Assembly: GCA_000002435.2 (NCBI GenBank)
Contig: CM018793.1
Origin: Giardia intestinalis
Taxonomy: Eukaryota
Length of the DNA: 64,000 nucleotides
Direction: 5' to 3' (one strand)
Made by a program: the position numbers and the translations under genes. Positions 1-12,000 of this stretch are shown here, one piece after another; position 1 is the first letter of the stretch, and each line of letters starts with the position of its first letter. The notes under the pieces were generated by a model. That model was given only the letters and a program-made list of their open reading frames with translations. It had not been told where the DNA came from and made no database searches.

Positions 1-1
1 T

Positions 2-3000
2 TCTACCTCGGTCTATTCGTACAGCAGTAGCTATTCCTCAACCAAATACTACGATGATTCAGACGCATATTCTACCTACTCTGATTCAGTAGTGGAAGAA
101 GCAGATGAAGAAAGGCGCACAACATCAAGAAAGAGATCTCACTCACAGGGGAGGATGTCAACAAGGACGAACCATAAAGTTAGCAGCTCACAACGAAGGT
201 CAAAGAGGGAGTCTACCAGTCACTCAAAAAGGTCTCGTGGCCAATCTGCCCGACACCGACGCAGGCCTTCCTCCGCCACAAGATCTAGGTCAGCAAAGTC
301 AAAACCTGCAGACAAGGTGCACAGTGATTCCTTTATTGCAAAGGACGCGCACCAAAGAAGCATTTATGAGCCCAAAGAAAAGCCTCTTTCTCCCAGAAAT
401 CTTAATGCATCGAATCAAGCTTCAGTCAATGTTCCGTCTGGACACCAAACCCTTAATACTGGCATGGATTCAAAAAGTCAAGAGGAATATATGTCAGATC
501 GTGAGCTACTTCTTCAATTGGGCAGAGCCACAGCCAAAAAGTATGTGACTTCCGGCGGAGAATTCTACGACACGACTAGGCAAACACCCACTTCCTTGCA
601 GCAAATGTCTGAGTTTCCTGCCTCAAACTCTGACCCTACTCAGTTGCATGTAGATCTATCGCGTTACTCTGTTAAAGACAAGAGTATTCTTGCAAACACA
701 GCAATTGATAATGCAGATCTTCAGATCAATCATCTCAATGCCGTTCCGCTGCCACCGCGCGCTGGGCCCTTCTCTGCCGGTCCGCCAACTCTTCCTGCAG
801 TCCCGGTAACCAGCTCCTATCCACCGAGCTGCCATCCGTCCATTAATCCGGTATATAATGAACCTTCCTATAACATACAAGCAGCGTGTCCTGCCACACC
901 TCTTTACATTAATCCTCAAAGAGAAACTGGAGCAGAATCTGTTGGAACGAGCGCTGCTAATATGCCCACGTATAATTTCCCGAAGGATGGAGTATACGTC
1001 CCTGGATATCCTTATATTGTTCCGACTGAATTTGGTGATGCGCCCTCAAGAGAGCCCTACAGTGATGCAGAAGCTTCTGCTCTGCCAGCGTCGTTTGTTA
1101 TGGCACAGAGACATGTCGAAAGCACCCCAATCATGAGTAACGGACAAGACCTGAGGCCACTCCTAGATAAGCACCCAGACCCTATGATGGAGTACATGAT
1201 AGAAGCAGAGATCAGACGTGCAGAATCAGACCCGCGGCAATTAGAGGAAATAAACAATCTAGCACAAGAAGACAATTATCGGAAGAGCGTTACATCAAGA
1301 ACAACCACTCTTCCATTGCCCTCCACGTCGACATCAGTAGCTCTGAACAGCGACCATCCCACCTCAGTTCCTGCTACTTCTCTGCCAACACCATCCTATT
1401 CTGGCTCTGCGCACATGGGAAGGATAGATTCTCGCACCAATGAGCTTCTGCCAGCCCCATCAGTAACCAACAGCAACACTGTCGTTAGCGCTCGTGACGG
1501 AGCGTCCAGCCTGCCTCCGCCAACGACCACAAACTCAGGTATCTCCACAGCTCCCCTGAGATATCCTACGAGTACTACTGTTGAGACGCTCGATGATTAC
1601 ACTGGGCTCGTGAAGCATGCCCTCCAGAACACCCCATCCACTGCACCGTCACATCCAACCACCTCTGGATCCCACACTTCTCAGAGTTTTTATGACAACT
1701 TGACTAGCTATTCTGGGAAAGAGCTATCTAGTAGCTTTAGGGAGCGTATAAACAAACTAACCAGGGAATCCAGTTCAACGCCAGAGACGGCGTCCGTTTC
1801 AGCTAGAGAAGCGATTCCAACAAGAACAGTGGCCTCTTTGAATAACAGAATACTGGTAACCAATGGCCTCCCTGGAGTATCCTCCACTCCCACAGCGACA
1901 GCAGCAGTTCCATTAATGGTCAACAAATATGGACAGGTCCAGGTCAATCCAGATATAGTCTTTCCGGAGATACCGGCTTCAGAGCGCCACAAACCAGAGT
2001 ACAGAGCAGCTATTGAAGCAGAGGCCCTGCGACAAACACATGCTATCGTCCCAGATACAGCCAAGTATCACTCGGTAGGCGATCTTACTGAAGACGATCT
2101 TAAAAAGAGTGGCATTGCGTACATCAGGGAGTCGTCTACCACTTCTGGCTCTTCCAGTATCCCAGAGTGTGTGATTGGACACTTGGTAGGAGGAGGAAGT
2201 CGCTCTACCCTGTCGATGACCAAACCCACAGTTAACATAGAAGCTCCAGAGGTGGCTCTACAAGAGACGTTGACTGCTGGCGACAAATCATTCCACAAGA
2301 CCAGTAGACAAGATTATCCAGATCCTTACTCTGTGCCAAAACCGTTCAATAATCTACCCACTGCTAATGTCTCTGCTGTGCCGTCCACATCTCGCTCGTT
2401 GTACACACATAGTGTCAGCATTCCAGAGTCCATCCCGTTAGGTGGAAATATTAAGACTGCCATCGAAGCGATAACTGATCGAGTTGAACACGTACAGTCA
2501 GAGCTTACAGCGGCAACGGCGGCAACTGCAGCAATAATTGGATCACACAATGGTGTTGGTGGTAGCAGTAGTAGTAGTGCAAGCGTTGCCTCAATCCGAC
2601 AGCCTTATGACTTGTCCAAGACTAGCACTGGTGCACGGGGATCCAGACGTGATGATACACCAGTGACGAGTGGTCCGAGGGGAGATAGCGTGCTGAGTAG
2701 TATGAACACAATGTCCACAAAAAGCGTTCGCTTTGCTGGCCAGGACACAACGGACTCCCACGATTTATCAGAGCACTTGTCATCTGTCCGTGACGACTTT
2801 TTAAATTTAGAGCAGGTATCTAAGTCGCCATCTGACAGGGTATCTACATCTATGCACCAAATGACGAAAGAATCTAGTTCAACTACCCTGCCACTGCCCT
2901 CCACAAATACGACAAATCCAGAGAAGACACTAACATCCAACCTGCCTGTGGCGTCAAGCACTTCCCAAAACCACAGCTATGACATAGATAGTAAGCAGGC

Positions 3001-3931
3001 CCTCATAGAATCTGCTCAATCTCTTGGCAGAACAGCCAGTGCTCTGCAGAGACTCCAGGCCAGTGGGGTCTCCCACTCCACGCCAGCAACCTCATCTCCA
3101 AAGGAGTATATTGGACGCCGGTTCGACTCTACGCCCGAGACTACTGGTGGCTCTCTTCCTCCTCCCGAAAGCGCGTCATCAGTGTCCAACCCTATTGGTA
3201 CTGTGATGTCTGGAACCGGAAGCGTATTGATTCCCCCGTCTAGCACAACTAACACGGGTGCGACAGGATCAAGTGCTCGTCCAAATCTGTATCTTCCTAG
3301 CCTTGGTCAGTCTACTGAGATGATTTCCTCTGTGGAAAATCCCAATCTTGTACTGAATAATAGTACACTAGTTCTATCCGATGGCATAGCAAATTCCCTA
3401 GGACGACGACTTAATGCCGAGATGCACACAGAACCGAAGCATCATATTCCCCAGTATCCTCCTATGGGCCCTCCAGCCTCCAATGTTCCTCCAGCCATTG
3501 ATAAAGCAGCAGATGAACTAGGTGCCAAGCCAGGAGCCACGTCACAAACTAGTATCATATCCGGGTCTGCTGGGGGCTCCGGAACATCTAAGAGCTCTGG
3601 TGGATCAGGTAGCTCAACAAACACTATAAAACACTTATCTCACGGATTAAGCGATGATGCAAATGGCTTGGGAACCCTATCAGTTAATGCGCATCGAACA
3701 AGTACAGAAAGCCCCCCTAGTAATGGATTAGAAGCCAGTAGGATACCTTTGAGCGGAAGCCGCCTCCGAGAGCTTAAGGCGCAGGGAGAAAAGCTTATCA
3801 GGGCTGCAAATGAAATCGAGACAGCGTTTGTTCCTCCCTATCTTAATCAGGGGTCGTCTACAGGAACCACAGTGATTGGGCCAAGCAGCCTTGGAAGCAC
3901 GAGTGCAAATAATACGACATACTCCAGTTAG
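2..3931 (+). CDS. Ser/Thr/Pro-rich low-complexity hypothetical protein, 5' end truncated by the window edge
   Basis: The frame is open from base 2 with no stop before 3931. The track's 'M' at 92 is a GTG. Composition is extremely S/T/P-rich. The ORF ends 25 bp before the stop of the convergent gene. Confidence 0.6.
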   Translation, partial: STSVYSYSSSYSSTKYYDDSDAYSTYSDSVVEEADEERRTTSRKRSHSQGRMSTRTNHKVSSSQRRSKRESTSHSKRSRGQSARHRRRPSSATRSRSAKSKPADKVHSDSFIAKDAHQRSIYEPKEKPLSPRNLNASNQASVNVPSGHQTLNTGMDSKSQEEYMSDRELLLQLGRATAKKYVTSGGEFYDTTRQTPTSLQQMSEFPASNSDPTQLHVDLSRYSVKDKSILANTAIDNADLQINHLNAVPLPPRAGPFSAGPPTLPAVPVTSSYPPSCHPSINPVYNEPSYNIQAACPATPLYINPQRETGAESVGTSAANMPTYNFPKDGVYVPGYPYIVPTEFGDAPSREPYSDAEASALPASFVMAQRHVESTPIMSNGQDLRPLLDKHPDPMMEYMIEAEIRRAESDPRQLEEINNLAQEDNYRKSVTSRTTTLPLPSTSTSVALNSDHPTSVPATSLPTPSYSGSAHMGRIDSRTNELLPAPSVTNSNTVVSARDGASSLPPPTTTNSGISTAPLRYPTSTTVETLDDYTGLVKHALQNTPSTAPSHPTTSGSHTSQSFYDNLTSYSGKELSSSFRERINKLTRESSSTPETASVSAREAIPTRTVASLNNRILVTNGLPGVSSTPTATAAVPLMVNKYGQVQVNPDIVFPEIPASERHKPEYRAAIEAEALRQTHAIVPDTAKYHSVGDLTEDDLKKSGIAYIRESSTTSGSSSIPECVIGHLVGGGSRSTLSMTKPTVNIEAPEVALQETLTAGDKSFHKTSRQDYPDPYSVPKPFNNLPTANVSAVPSTSRSLYTHSVSIPESIPLGGNIKTAIEAITDRVEHVQSELTAATAATAAIIGSHNGVGGSSSSSASVASIRQPYDLSKTSTGARGSRRDDTPVTSGPRGDSVLSSMNTMSTKSVRFAGQDTTDSHDLSEHLSSVRDDFLNLEQVSKSPSDRVSTSMHQMTKESSSTTLPLPSTNTTNPEKTLTSNLPVASSTSQNHSYDIDSKQALIESAQSLGRTASALQRLQASGVSHSTPATSSPKEYIGRRFDSTPETTGGSLPPPESASSVSNPIGTVMSGTGSVLIPPSSTTNTGATGSSARPNLYLPSLGQSTEMISSVENPNLVLNNSTLVLSDGIANSLGRRLNAEMHTEPKHHIPQYPPMGPPASNVPPAIDKAADELGAKPGATSQTSIISGSAGGSGTSKSSGGSGSSTNTIKHLSHGLSDDANGLGTLSVNAHRTSTESPPSNGLEASRIPLSGSRLRELKAQGEKLIRAANEIETAFVPPYLNQGSSTGTTVIGPSSLGSTSANNTTYSS

Positions 3932-3956
3932 ATGCGCGACTTGTAAACTTAGAAAG

Positions 3957-5939
3957 CTACCATGTTTGTATCCTTCGCTCGTAAGAGCTACGTCGATCTG
4001 CTTCTTTAAGCCTCAGCCTATCTTGATAACAATCTATCCAACAACAAAAGGCGAGGTGTTGAATAAATTGATTGAGGCGAAGATCAAGCAGATTCTTATG
4101 TCTAGTCCACTTGTCCGTATAAAATTGTCCCGTCTCAAAGATTTCCTGCGCAAATTTTGCAACTAATCTGTTGCAGTCTCTAGCAGCCAGCGCCTCAGAC
4201 CATGCCCTGAATGCTCGCCGTTGAAGAAGATGGTTAACTAGCAAAAAGCCCGCATCATAGTAGGCATGTGCATACCGTGAAATAATATGCTGATTAGCTG
4301 CGCACGCAATAAGAGACTGCCGCTTGTAAATCCGCTGACCCTTGAACTTAAAATGAGGAGCTGTTGTGTCCTTGATTGTGTACCGAGACCAATCTATGTC
4401 CGACTGAGAGTCTGTATCGCCAAGTAGATTCAGGGATGTCTGTTCATAGTCTAAGTCCGATGTGGTAGGACTCGAAGGCGCCGAAGGCGGTGATGAGGGC
4501 CCTTCTTGTGAAGCAGGCATAAGCTGAGTGACAGTCTTTGGGGTCTTGAAGGCAGTAGGAGATGCTTTGGGTGGCTGAGAACCAGCCTGAGCAAGAGGTG
4601 AGAGAGGTAGTGTATTCGGTTTAGTTGAATCTGTGAGAATCGCAGACTGCACATTGGTATTTTGAGATGGGTTTGATGGTCCAGTAAGACTCACTTCCTG
4701 GGGTAAGACCGGCTTCCATGACACGTTTCGAGGTAGTTGACAAGATGCATAAGGGTACAAAATCTGCCAGGGAGAGCTCCTTTGAAAGAGGACCTCAATA
4801 CATGTGGTAATTAATTCCCGCTCTGCACCATTTGCGCCCCAGTCAGCCCCAGGAAGGACGGAGGCATAGTTGTCACACAAATCTACTGCTATAAGGAGAA
4901 ATGACAACTTCTTCTTTGCATTTTCATCCTTCGAACACCTTTCAACAATTGCCTTGTGCACGTGCCACGTTTCATTAAACTTTGAGATGAACTTCACGGA
5001 CTTCTTATGTGTCTCTAAAATTTCCTCCATGGACCTCAGCAGGTATACAAGTCTAGCGTGGTATCTGCTTTTGATAAAAAGGGCGTCAGCCAGATCAGTC
5101 AAGGGTACAGATCCATTGTCTTTTGGGACCTGAAATACTTTTTCTAGAATTCTATACCGGAGTAGCCCTAAGATTAGGCACGCGGAAGAAGCAAATAAAT
5201 GCCGTACATAGTCATTCCATGTCAGCGTTTGCTGCACCTCTGGAAAGTTATTGGACGTAAGCAAATTGTCCTGGATGAAGGACAGGCATTGCTCTAAATT
5301 GTTATCTTTGATCATCTGCTCTACTGCAGTATACATCTGCTGAATTTCTGCCCCTACAAGAGTCCTTCTTTTGCACTTTTTAGAAGGCACAACAGCATTT
5401 GTGAAGTAGCAGAGCAGATGAAATTCCCAGCCAAAGCTGCTTGCCTCACCTGATGCGTGTTTTAGAAGTTCAATGAAAAGCTTATCGTAGAAAGGAAACT
5501 CGATGGCTAGCGCGTTGCCTTTGGCTGCCTGAGATAGCAGATGCTTCGTATAGGCATAGATGGAGAAGGGCATCATGAGACAGTAAAACGAAAACAGCGC
5601 CATCGTGTGAGCAGAAATGATGGAAGCGTCTTCCTCCATGGAGCTTTGACGAAGCGTAGCGCATAGCTTCCGCGCACTGATGGGGATCACTTGTAGCCGT
5701 GGAACAAGATACTTAAGAATCTCCTCTATTCCATACGGCGCATATCTAAATAAATCAAGAATCAGATAGAAGTATGTGTGACAGATTTGGCTCTTGTTCT
5801 GTTCTGGAAGAGTAGTCGAGCTGTTAGCCCGTTGATAGGCAATTATTAGCCTCCAGTCGTTTGGCTTACCATTGAGCTGTTCGAATTTAGTGTCATAGTT
5901 GCGGTTAGGGTCGGGAGCTATTGAAAAGAAGATGTTCAT
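3957..5939 (-). CDS. hypothetical protein (~660 aa) with an internal Ser/Pro-rich linker
   Basis: Long ORF. The track start at 5990 is a TTG. The first ATG (5939) sits directly behind an AT-rich initiator (minus-strand context ttttaaaa-ATG). Confidence 0.6.
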   Translation of the reverse strand: MNIFFSIAPDPNRNYDTKFEQLNGKPNDWRLIIAYQRANSSTTLPEQNKSQICHTYFYLILDLFRYAPYGIEEILKYLVPRLQVIPISARKLCATLRQSSMEEDASIISAHTMALFSFYCLMMPFSIYAYTKHLLSQAAKGNALAIEFPFYDKLFIELLKHASGEASSFGWEFHLLCYFTNAVVPSKKCKRRTLVGAEIQQMYTAVEQMIKDNNLEQCLSFIQDNLLTSNNFPEVQQTLTWNDYVRHLFASSACLILGLLRYRILEKVFQVPKDNGSVPLTDLADALFIKSRYHARLVYLLRSMEEILETHKKSVKFISKFNETWHVHKAIVERCSKDENAKKKLSFLLIAVDLCDNYASVLPGADWGANGAERELITTCIEVLFQRSSPWQILYPYASCQLPRNVSWKPVLPQEVSLTGPSNPSQNTNVQSAILTDSTKPNTLPLSPLAQAGSQPPKASPTAFKTPKTVTQLMPASQEGPSSPPSAPSSPTTSDLDYEQTSLNLLGDTDSQSDIDWSRYTIKDTTAPHFKFKGQRIYKRQSLIACAANQHIISRYAHAYYDAGFLLVNHLLQRRAFRAWSEALAARDCNRLVAKFAQEIFETGQFYTDKWTRHKNLLDLRLNQFIQHLAFCCWIDCYQDRLRLKEADRRSSYERRIQTW

Positions 5940-6221
5940 TTTTAAAACAGTTTGGTCAGTTTTTAGCAAGGCACGGAATTGCAAGGCCAATATCTCAAGT
6001 TAATAGGAGTGCAACTTTCTAATACTGTAAGCTCCATTTAACTTTTTGAGCATGGATTCCCGGCTCAGGGAACTTTGCCGCCATAGAGATTTAATAATAA
6101 ATAACTGGGATTATAGAGGCATGCGCGGATTGCTAAACGTTATGTTGGTGAACGCCCTCGGTACCATGAGAGCCGAAACAGCAAGGATTTCAAAATTTGT
6201 TTACCTCACAACCGATAGCGA

Positions 6222-8777
6222 ATGGTTGCACCGACCTCTCAGGGCCAACAAGAGGCCGAGAGCTCCACTAGCGTGGTAGAAATAACAACCGGGACTACTG
6301 TTCATCATATTACCATCCCAGCCAGACCTAGGGCTGCCAAGTCGCCGCCTTTGAGATCGGCAGTTGAAAACTTGATGAAGGGGGGTATCTTTTCAACAGC
6401 CCAGCATACAGGCTCAGAAGAGGCAGCTACAAGGGGTCTATCTAGGGGATCGGGAGCTAAATCGTCCCTGGGAGACAATGGAAGATCTTGTACCAGGAAA
6501 AAGCGGTCCAGAAGCACGATCTTGAATATGAGGAAGGAGCTTGACGATATCCTAGCGCCACTAGGACCCCCTGAGGGCTCTTCTGTTGCAAGCCCGAGAT
6601 CAGGCCAAAATATACGATCGGTTTCTCCTCTGGTTGCAGTTAATAACATAGATGATACCGACACTGCAGCAATGGGTGGGAGGACTAAACTGATGATGGC
6701 TGCTATTGTAGATGACGTACTCGCTGTACAGAAATACATCACTGAACAAGGGCAGCGCACTCCAGACGGAAGGACAGCTCTCATGCTTGCAGCTGAACAT
6801 GGATCAATTGCGTGTATCGATCAGTTGATCCCCTGGGAGTCCGGTCTGGTTAGCAATAATGGGTGGACAGCAATAATGTATGCCATCGCGGCACAGAAGT
6901 TGCAGGCAGTGGAGCTCCTGGCTAGAAAGCCAAAGGAGCTGACCTCGACAACAGCAGACGGACGAACTCCGCTTATCCTGGCCGCTGAGATTGGCAGCGA
7001 GGAAGTTGTACAGCTATTTCTGGAGTCCAGACTCATTGGAATGACAACAGCTGACGGCAGAACAGCACTTATGCAAGCCGCGTGGAATAGGCATTTAGAT
7101 TGTGTTCGTTGGTTAGCAAAAAAGGAGGGTGGAATACAAGACTCAGAAGGGAAAACGGCTCTTATGCTGGCCATTGAGGGGAGATCTATCAATAGGCAAC
7201 AACACGATAAGGCCAGGACACAGGATTTCGTTAATCTGCTGGCTAGTGAAATGGGCAAAACCACAGCCGACGGAACTACGGCACTAATGTGTGCTGTGCT
7301 GAACAATGAAGAGGATAGTATCCCTCTGCTCAAGAGTGAGCTCATGAAGAGGCAAAGGAGTGGACGCACTGCATTGATTCTGGCCGCCAGACAAGGCACA
7401 CTTACAAGTCTTCATGATTTGCTGCCTGAAGCTGGAAGTAGGGACGGCTCTGGAAAACCAGCTTTATATTATGCACTGGAAGGGCGAAACATGACTCATG
7501 TGAGGGAGTTATCTGCAGAGTATAATATGACGATTGATGACGATGTGTCCATGCTCATGTCGGCAATAATTTTCGGCAATGAAGAGGCAGCCCTTCTCAT
7601 ACTGAAGGAGCTACAAAAGCAATCACTTACTACCCCAGCCAAAGGTCCTTTGCCCCCGTTGCATGTTCCAGTTACCGAAAGAGAGCAGAAGACAGCCCTG
7701 ATTCTTGCCGTCGAGGCAGGAAGTCTCGCACTGGTGAAGGAGTTATCCCTTACAGAGCATTCTTTTCAAGATGTTAAGGGGACCACGGCTCTGATGTACG
7801 CTGCAGAACGAGAGTTTTGTGATGCAATTAAGATTCTCTTGCCTTTGGAGGAGCACATGAAAAACGTTGCAGGCCACACAGCACTCATTCAGATGGCCAT
7901 GAATAACAACATCCTTGCCGTATCCTTCCTTCTCTCAGAGGCCTGTGACACTGACAATTCTGGAATGACAGCGCTTATGCACGCAGCACATTTGGGGCAC
8001 CATAATATAGTGAGCATTCTTCTCAGTAGCAACGAGGTCGGGATGGTCGACACCCATGGGATGACGGCCCTCATGCACGCTGCCATGAACGGCCATACAC
8101 AGTGCGTCTCTCTCTTGGCCCCGAAGGAGCACCATTACGCGCGGATGTACCGCTTATTGAAGGATAGCAATACTGGCATGACTGATGAGCAGGTGTGGTC
8201 CCACCAAAGTTTCTATTCCGGCCGGACGGCATTAATTATAGCGGCCATGTATAATTCGCTGGACTGTGTCAAGCAACTAATTCCTTGGGAAGCCTGGGTT
8301 CTCAATGAATACAATCGACTTCCCTCTACAGTGATAAATATAGGAACTTATTCTAACGACATTCAGGACGCTCTTACCATTCGAGGCATTCATAGATTAA
8401 TGAAAATGTATTATGCAAGACGGCGTAATGAGCTGGGGTCCTGCAACATCTGCCTCAACAAGATCTCTAGCATGAAGTGCTACCCGTGTAATCACACTGT
8501 TTGTTGCGAGGAGTGTGCTGAGAGGCTAATGACAACAAAAAAGCCATGTCCCCTTTGCAGACGGCCAATCCTGTTCTGGATCACAGAGTGTTATGATTTG
8601 GCCACTATGTCATTTACTCTAGCCCCAAATTTCGAATGGATCGACCTCCCAAGCGACGACGACGATGACGACAGTGATAGAAAACATTCCAAAGATGAGG
8701 ATACTGATGACGAGCTGTATGTCAATATACACTTGGACCACGAGATAGAAGTCTCATCGTATTCATGGTTTCACTAG
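6222..8777 (+). CDS. ankyrin-repeat protein with C-terminal C3HC4 RING finger and acidic tail (Giardia 'protein 21.1'-like)
   Basis: More than 15 ankyrin repeats of the G(R/K)TALM.AA..GH type. C-terminal CNICLNKISSMKCYPCNHTVCCEECAERLMTTKKPCPLCRRPI matches a C3HC4 RING. Poly-Asp tail DDDDDDSD. Confidence 0.8.
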   Translation: MVAPTSQGQQEAESSTSVVEITTGTTVHHITIPARPRAAKSPPLRSAVENLMKGGIFSTAQHTGSEEAATRGLSRGSGAKSSLGDNGRSCTRKKRSRSTILNMRKELDDILAPLGPPEGSSVASPRSGQNIRSVSPLVAVNNIDDTDTAAMGGRTKLMMAAIVDDVLAVQKYITEQGQRTPDGRTALMLAAEHGSIACIDQLIPWESGLVSNNGWTAIMYAIAAQKLQAVELLARKPKELTSTTADGRTPLILAAEIGSEEVVQLFLESRLIGMTTADGRTALMQAAWNRHLDCVRWLAKKEGGIQDSEGKTALMLAIEGRSINRQQHDKARTQDFVNLLASEMGKTTADGTTALMCAVLNNEEDSIPLLKSELMKRQRSGRTALILAARQGTLTSLHDLLPEAGSRDGSGKPALYYALEGRNMTHVRELSAEYNMTIDDDVSMLMSAIIFGNEEAALLILKELQKQSLTTPAKGPLPPLHVPVTEREQKTALILAVEAGSLALVKELSLTEHSFQDVKGTTALMYAAEREFCDAIKILLPLEEHMKNVAGHTALIQMAMNNNILAVSFLLSEACDTDNSGMTALMHAAHLGHHNIVSILLSSNEVGMVDTHGMTALMHAAMNGHTQCVSLLAPKEHHYARMYRLLKDSNTGMTDEQVWSHQSFYSGRTALIIAAMYNSLDCVKQLIPWEAWVLNEYNRLPSTVINIGTYSNDIQDALTIRGIHRLMKMYYARRRNELGSCNICLNKISSMKCYPCNHTVCCEECAERLMTTKKPCPLCRRPILFWITECYDLATMSFTLAPNFEWIDLPSDDDDDDSDRKHSKDEDTDDELYVNIHLDHEIEVSSYSWFH

Positions 8778-9013
8778 ACTCTCTCAGCTCCAAGACATGG
8801 ATACAATGCTTAGAATATTTCAGCTAGAACCCCAAGATCGCTTCTTAAGTGTAGTAACAATTTCGGCCCTAAAAGTCTGAACCTGCTGAACATAGCTATC
8901 ATCTAATGGTAACAGCTCATTTTGAAATCTAGACACTTCTCCAAATACTCCAAACATTGAATATTTTACAACCAACGCAGAGAGTGTGTCATACCATGGC
9001 GGGTACAAAACCC

Positions 9014-12000
9014 TTACTTGCGAAGAAGAATGTTTGCCCAGAGCCTCCCAACGGACCGAAGGTCTTTGCTCAAGAACTCTATGTCTTTGAGCCACGAGTC
9101 CACCGGTACTTCTAGAACATTTCCAATAACTACTAGAGCCTGCTCGATTAGATCCAACGGGGGCGAGAATACATGTAGAGATTTGGCATATTCTGTTGGT
9201 GGAAGAAGATCCATATAGGGCGTAATGCGAATGAGGTACGACTCGTCTGTGTATAACGAGTACGTAAGAATTTGTTCCTCATGTCTCTTTTCTGCATAAT
9301 TGAGGAGGGACAAGTAGATAGCATTGGACTTATTCGACAGCTGATCAGATTGAGCCACAATTGCAGCATAGAGGAGGCACACCCGCATAGAAAAATCACA
9401 TACAGTGTCCTTCTTAATAGGATGCTCCATTTCAGACAGCAGATGGACATAGCTGCTCACAAGCGCCTTCTTACAGATGGCGCGCAAGAAGTTTATGTAG
9501 ACCGTACGGATTATCCTGCAAGTAGACTGTGGGATATTAATGAGAACACCGGATTCTCTCATCAGAATCCACCCAGAGGCAGCAGTGTAGTTCATTATCG
9601 GCGATCTGTCATTGTACACGCCTGCGAGCCACTGCTGGGACGAAATGACGCCATCCTCTGTGTATGCAACATGGTTGAAGTAGGAACAGGCTGCCCCTAA
9701 AAGCAGGCCTAGAATTTGTGCGTCTGACAACAGGCCGTGAGAGCCTTTTTGGAGCATGGCTAGAAAGATGAATACTTGCCTTAGAACCAGGATAGACCGT
9801 GAGCTGCAGTAGTAGGTGCTGGAAACCTCATTGGTCGTGAGCTTATAGCAAAGATCTGAGAGAGACTGGGGAGGTATCTTATAGTGCGACAACTCAAAGT
9901 ATTGAATACAGGAAAAAAGAAGCCTGAAGAGCTTTTTATGGTTTGACACGTTACTCCTAAACGTGTACAACGTATGTTCTAGCTTCTCGGGCCTCTCTGC
10001 CTCCAACTTTTCATCTGAGACACTTCCATTCAAAATGATATTAGCCCAATAAGAGGCCATAGCCTCGTTGGTCATCTTCTTGAAGTTCTTGCTTACCTTG
10101 GCTGGAAAAAGCGTTCCAGTTGTGTAATCCTGGTAATCTTCGCATCCTTGAGAAAAGAAGCTATGAGGGTACTGGCTATACACATCTTCATTGATTTTCA
10201 TTATAAAATGCTCTGTGTCGACTATTTTTGATCTAGAAATAATAATGGACTTTAAAAACGCCTTTTCACTGGCAGAAAGCTCCTCGATGGTCTTGTAATT
10301 CTTCTCCGGTATCTGAGGCGTTGGGCAGGCAAGATACTGTCCTCGTACCTTTACGCGCTGGCCTATCTTAGCTTGTCGGACCATGTCGTCTGCACTGAAG
10401 CTGTCACGAACGAGCGAGTAGGACAGATGCCCCCCATCGTCTGTTATAGAATCCCGCGCACAAAACGTACCGGACAAGAAGGCGTCGACGGCATTATCAA
10501 TACTCTGCTCTATATGAGTGACCGATGAACGAAGGTCTGACAAATAGTTGTTAATGTTCATCGTCTCCTTCCTGCTCCTGTCGTCATACTTGTTCAGCAA
10601 AGGATTTCTGAGAGATGCGTTGTTCCTCTTTCCTATTAGATGACCAAAGAAGTAGTGGATTGTCTCCAAATGAATATCCTGGTCTCGAACAAAGAGTTGG
10701 TGCTGTATCTGTCTCATGAACATTTCTTTCAGATACAGTCTGATCAGCTTTTTCTGCGAGTTCGTGATAGCATCTGTGTTCAGAAGATCGATGGACAGGG
10801 CCAGAAGCTGCTGATGGGTCTCTTGCACTAAAAACCTAGATTTATACTGTAGCGGTGGCTTTATATCACCAGAGGGGGTATAATTGATCTCGTGTGCTGG
10901 CAAATAGAGAGCTATAATGTTGGGTATGTGCATTATCGTGTATGGATTCGAAGTAACCGTGTCGACTATCTCCTTGGTCTCAACTGCGTCACGCTTCAAT
11001 GCAAACACATTTGTTATCAAGTCTTCTGCCATCTTGTCGCTCCGGCACGGCTTTGCAAGACAGAAAAAGGTGTTATAGACATATTCCATGAAGCCGATGC
11101 GCGAACGCTGGTACTTTTCCAAGAGGATATGTGATATGTAATGCGACACGCTTATCTCTGCGTCCCTTAGGCACCGGATGAATAGTTTTTTGTACCCCTG
11201 AAGATCTCCGTCAGAGTGGGGCAGAGACAGTAGGGAGATAACTGTTTCAGTCACCGAATTGTATATCTCTGTAGAGAAGATAGGCGTTTTTATAAACCAG
11301 GCGTAGTAGACACGAATCAGAATGTCTTTCATTTGAGTCGTATCTGTCGCCACTGCTACTTCATTTTGATATGCAGCTGCATCAGTAAGAAAGAATAACT
11401 GCTGATTGCCCGCTCCCGTCTGTGTGATGTATATATTAAAGAGGTGTCTTGAGCGCTTATTGAACAAGATCTCGCAAAACCTGGCCGCCATCTTGGGTCG
11501 CACAACGGGTTCAAATGTTATTGTGCAGGTCACCAAATTGGCTAGGGGAGCGAAAATCCATATCTTTTGATACACCTTAACCGGTAGAAATACATTGAGG
11601 AAGGTAAGGAAACGTGTCAGTAGCGTCACTGAAAGATATTTCACATTAAGGACAGTAATTACTTCCAGCAGATTTTCTGTCCACTTCGTAAAAGTTGATT
11701 CTTGGCACAGCATATATAAGCACTTCCGCGATGTCACAGTGGACTCCAGAACCTTGAGGAACCTGCTGCGCACGGTGCAATTGATGAAGATTGTCATGAT
11801 TATGTTGAACACAGCGACAACGGAAAGAGCATGTATAAGTACATTGCTGGTGTATCCGGAAGAGGTAGAGACGTAGTTTGGCTCGGAGTTAAACTCATAG
11901 ATGAGACCCAGCAAATAGATCACACAAAGTGGGGGAATGCAGAGCTTTGCGTAGAAGGTTGCATGTACGGGGGAAAAGGCAAATGAAGTAAACAGGAGGC

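Noticed and set aside
6305-7399. 159-aa and 192-aa minus-strand ORFs inside the ankyrin-RING gene
   Set aside because: Antisense to a clearly conserved ankyrin-repeat reading frame. No initiator element. Typical antisense artefacts.
8820-9095. 91-aa minus-strand ORF overlapping the 3' end of the polytopic membrane protein gene
   Set aside because: It overlaps the terminal part of a much longer supported ORF in another frame, and there is no independent signal.
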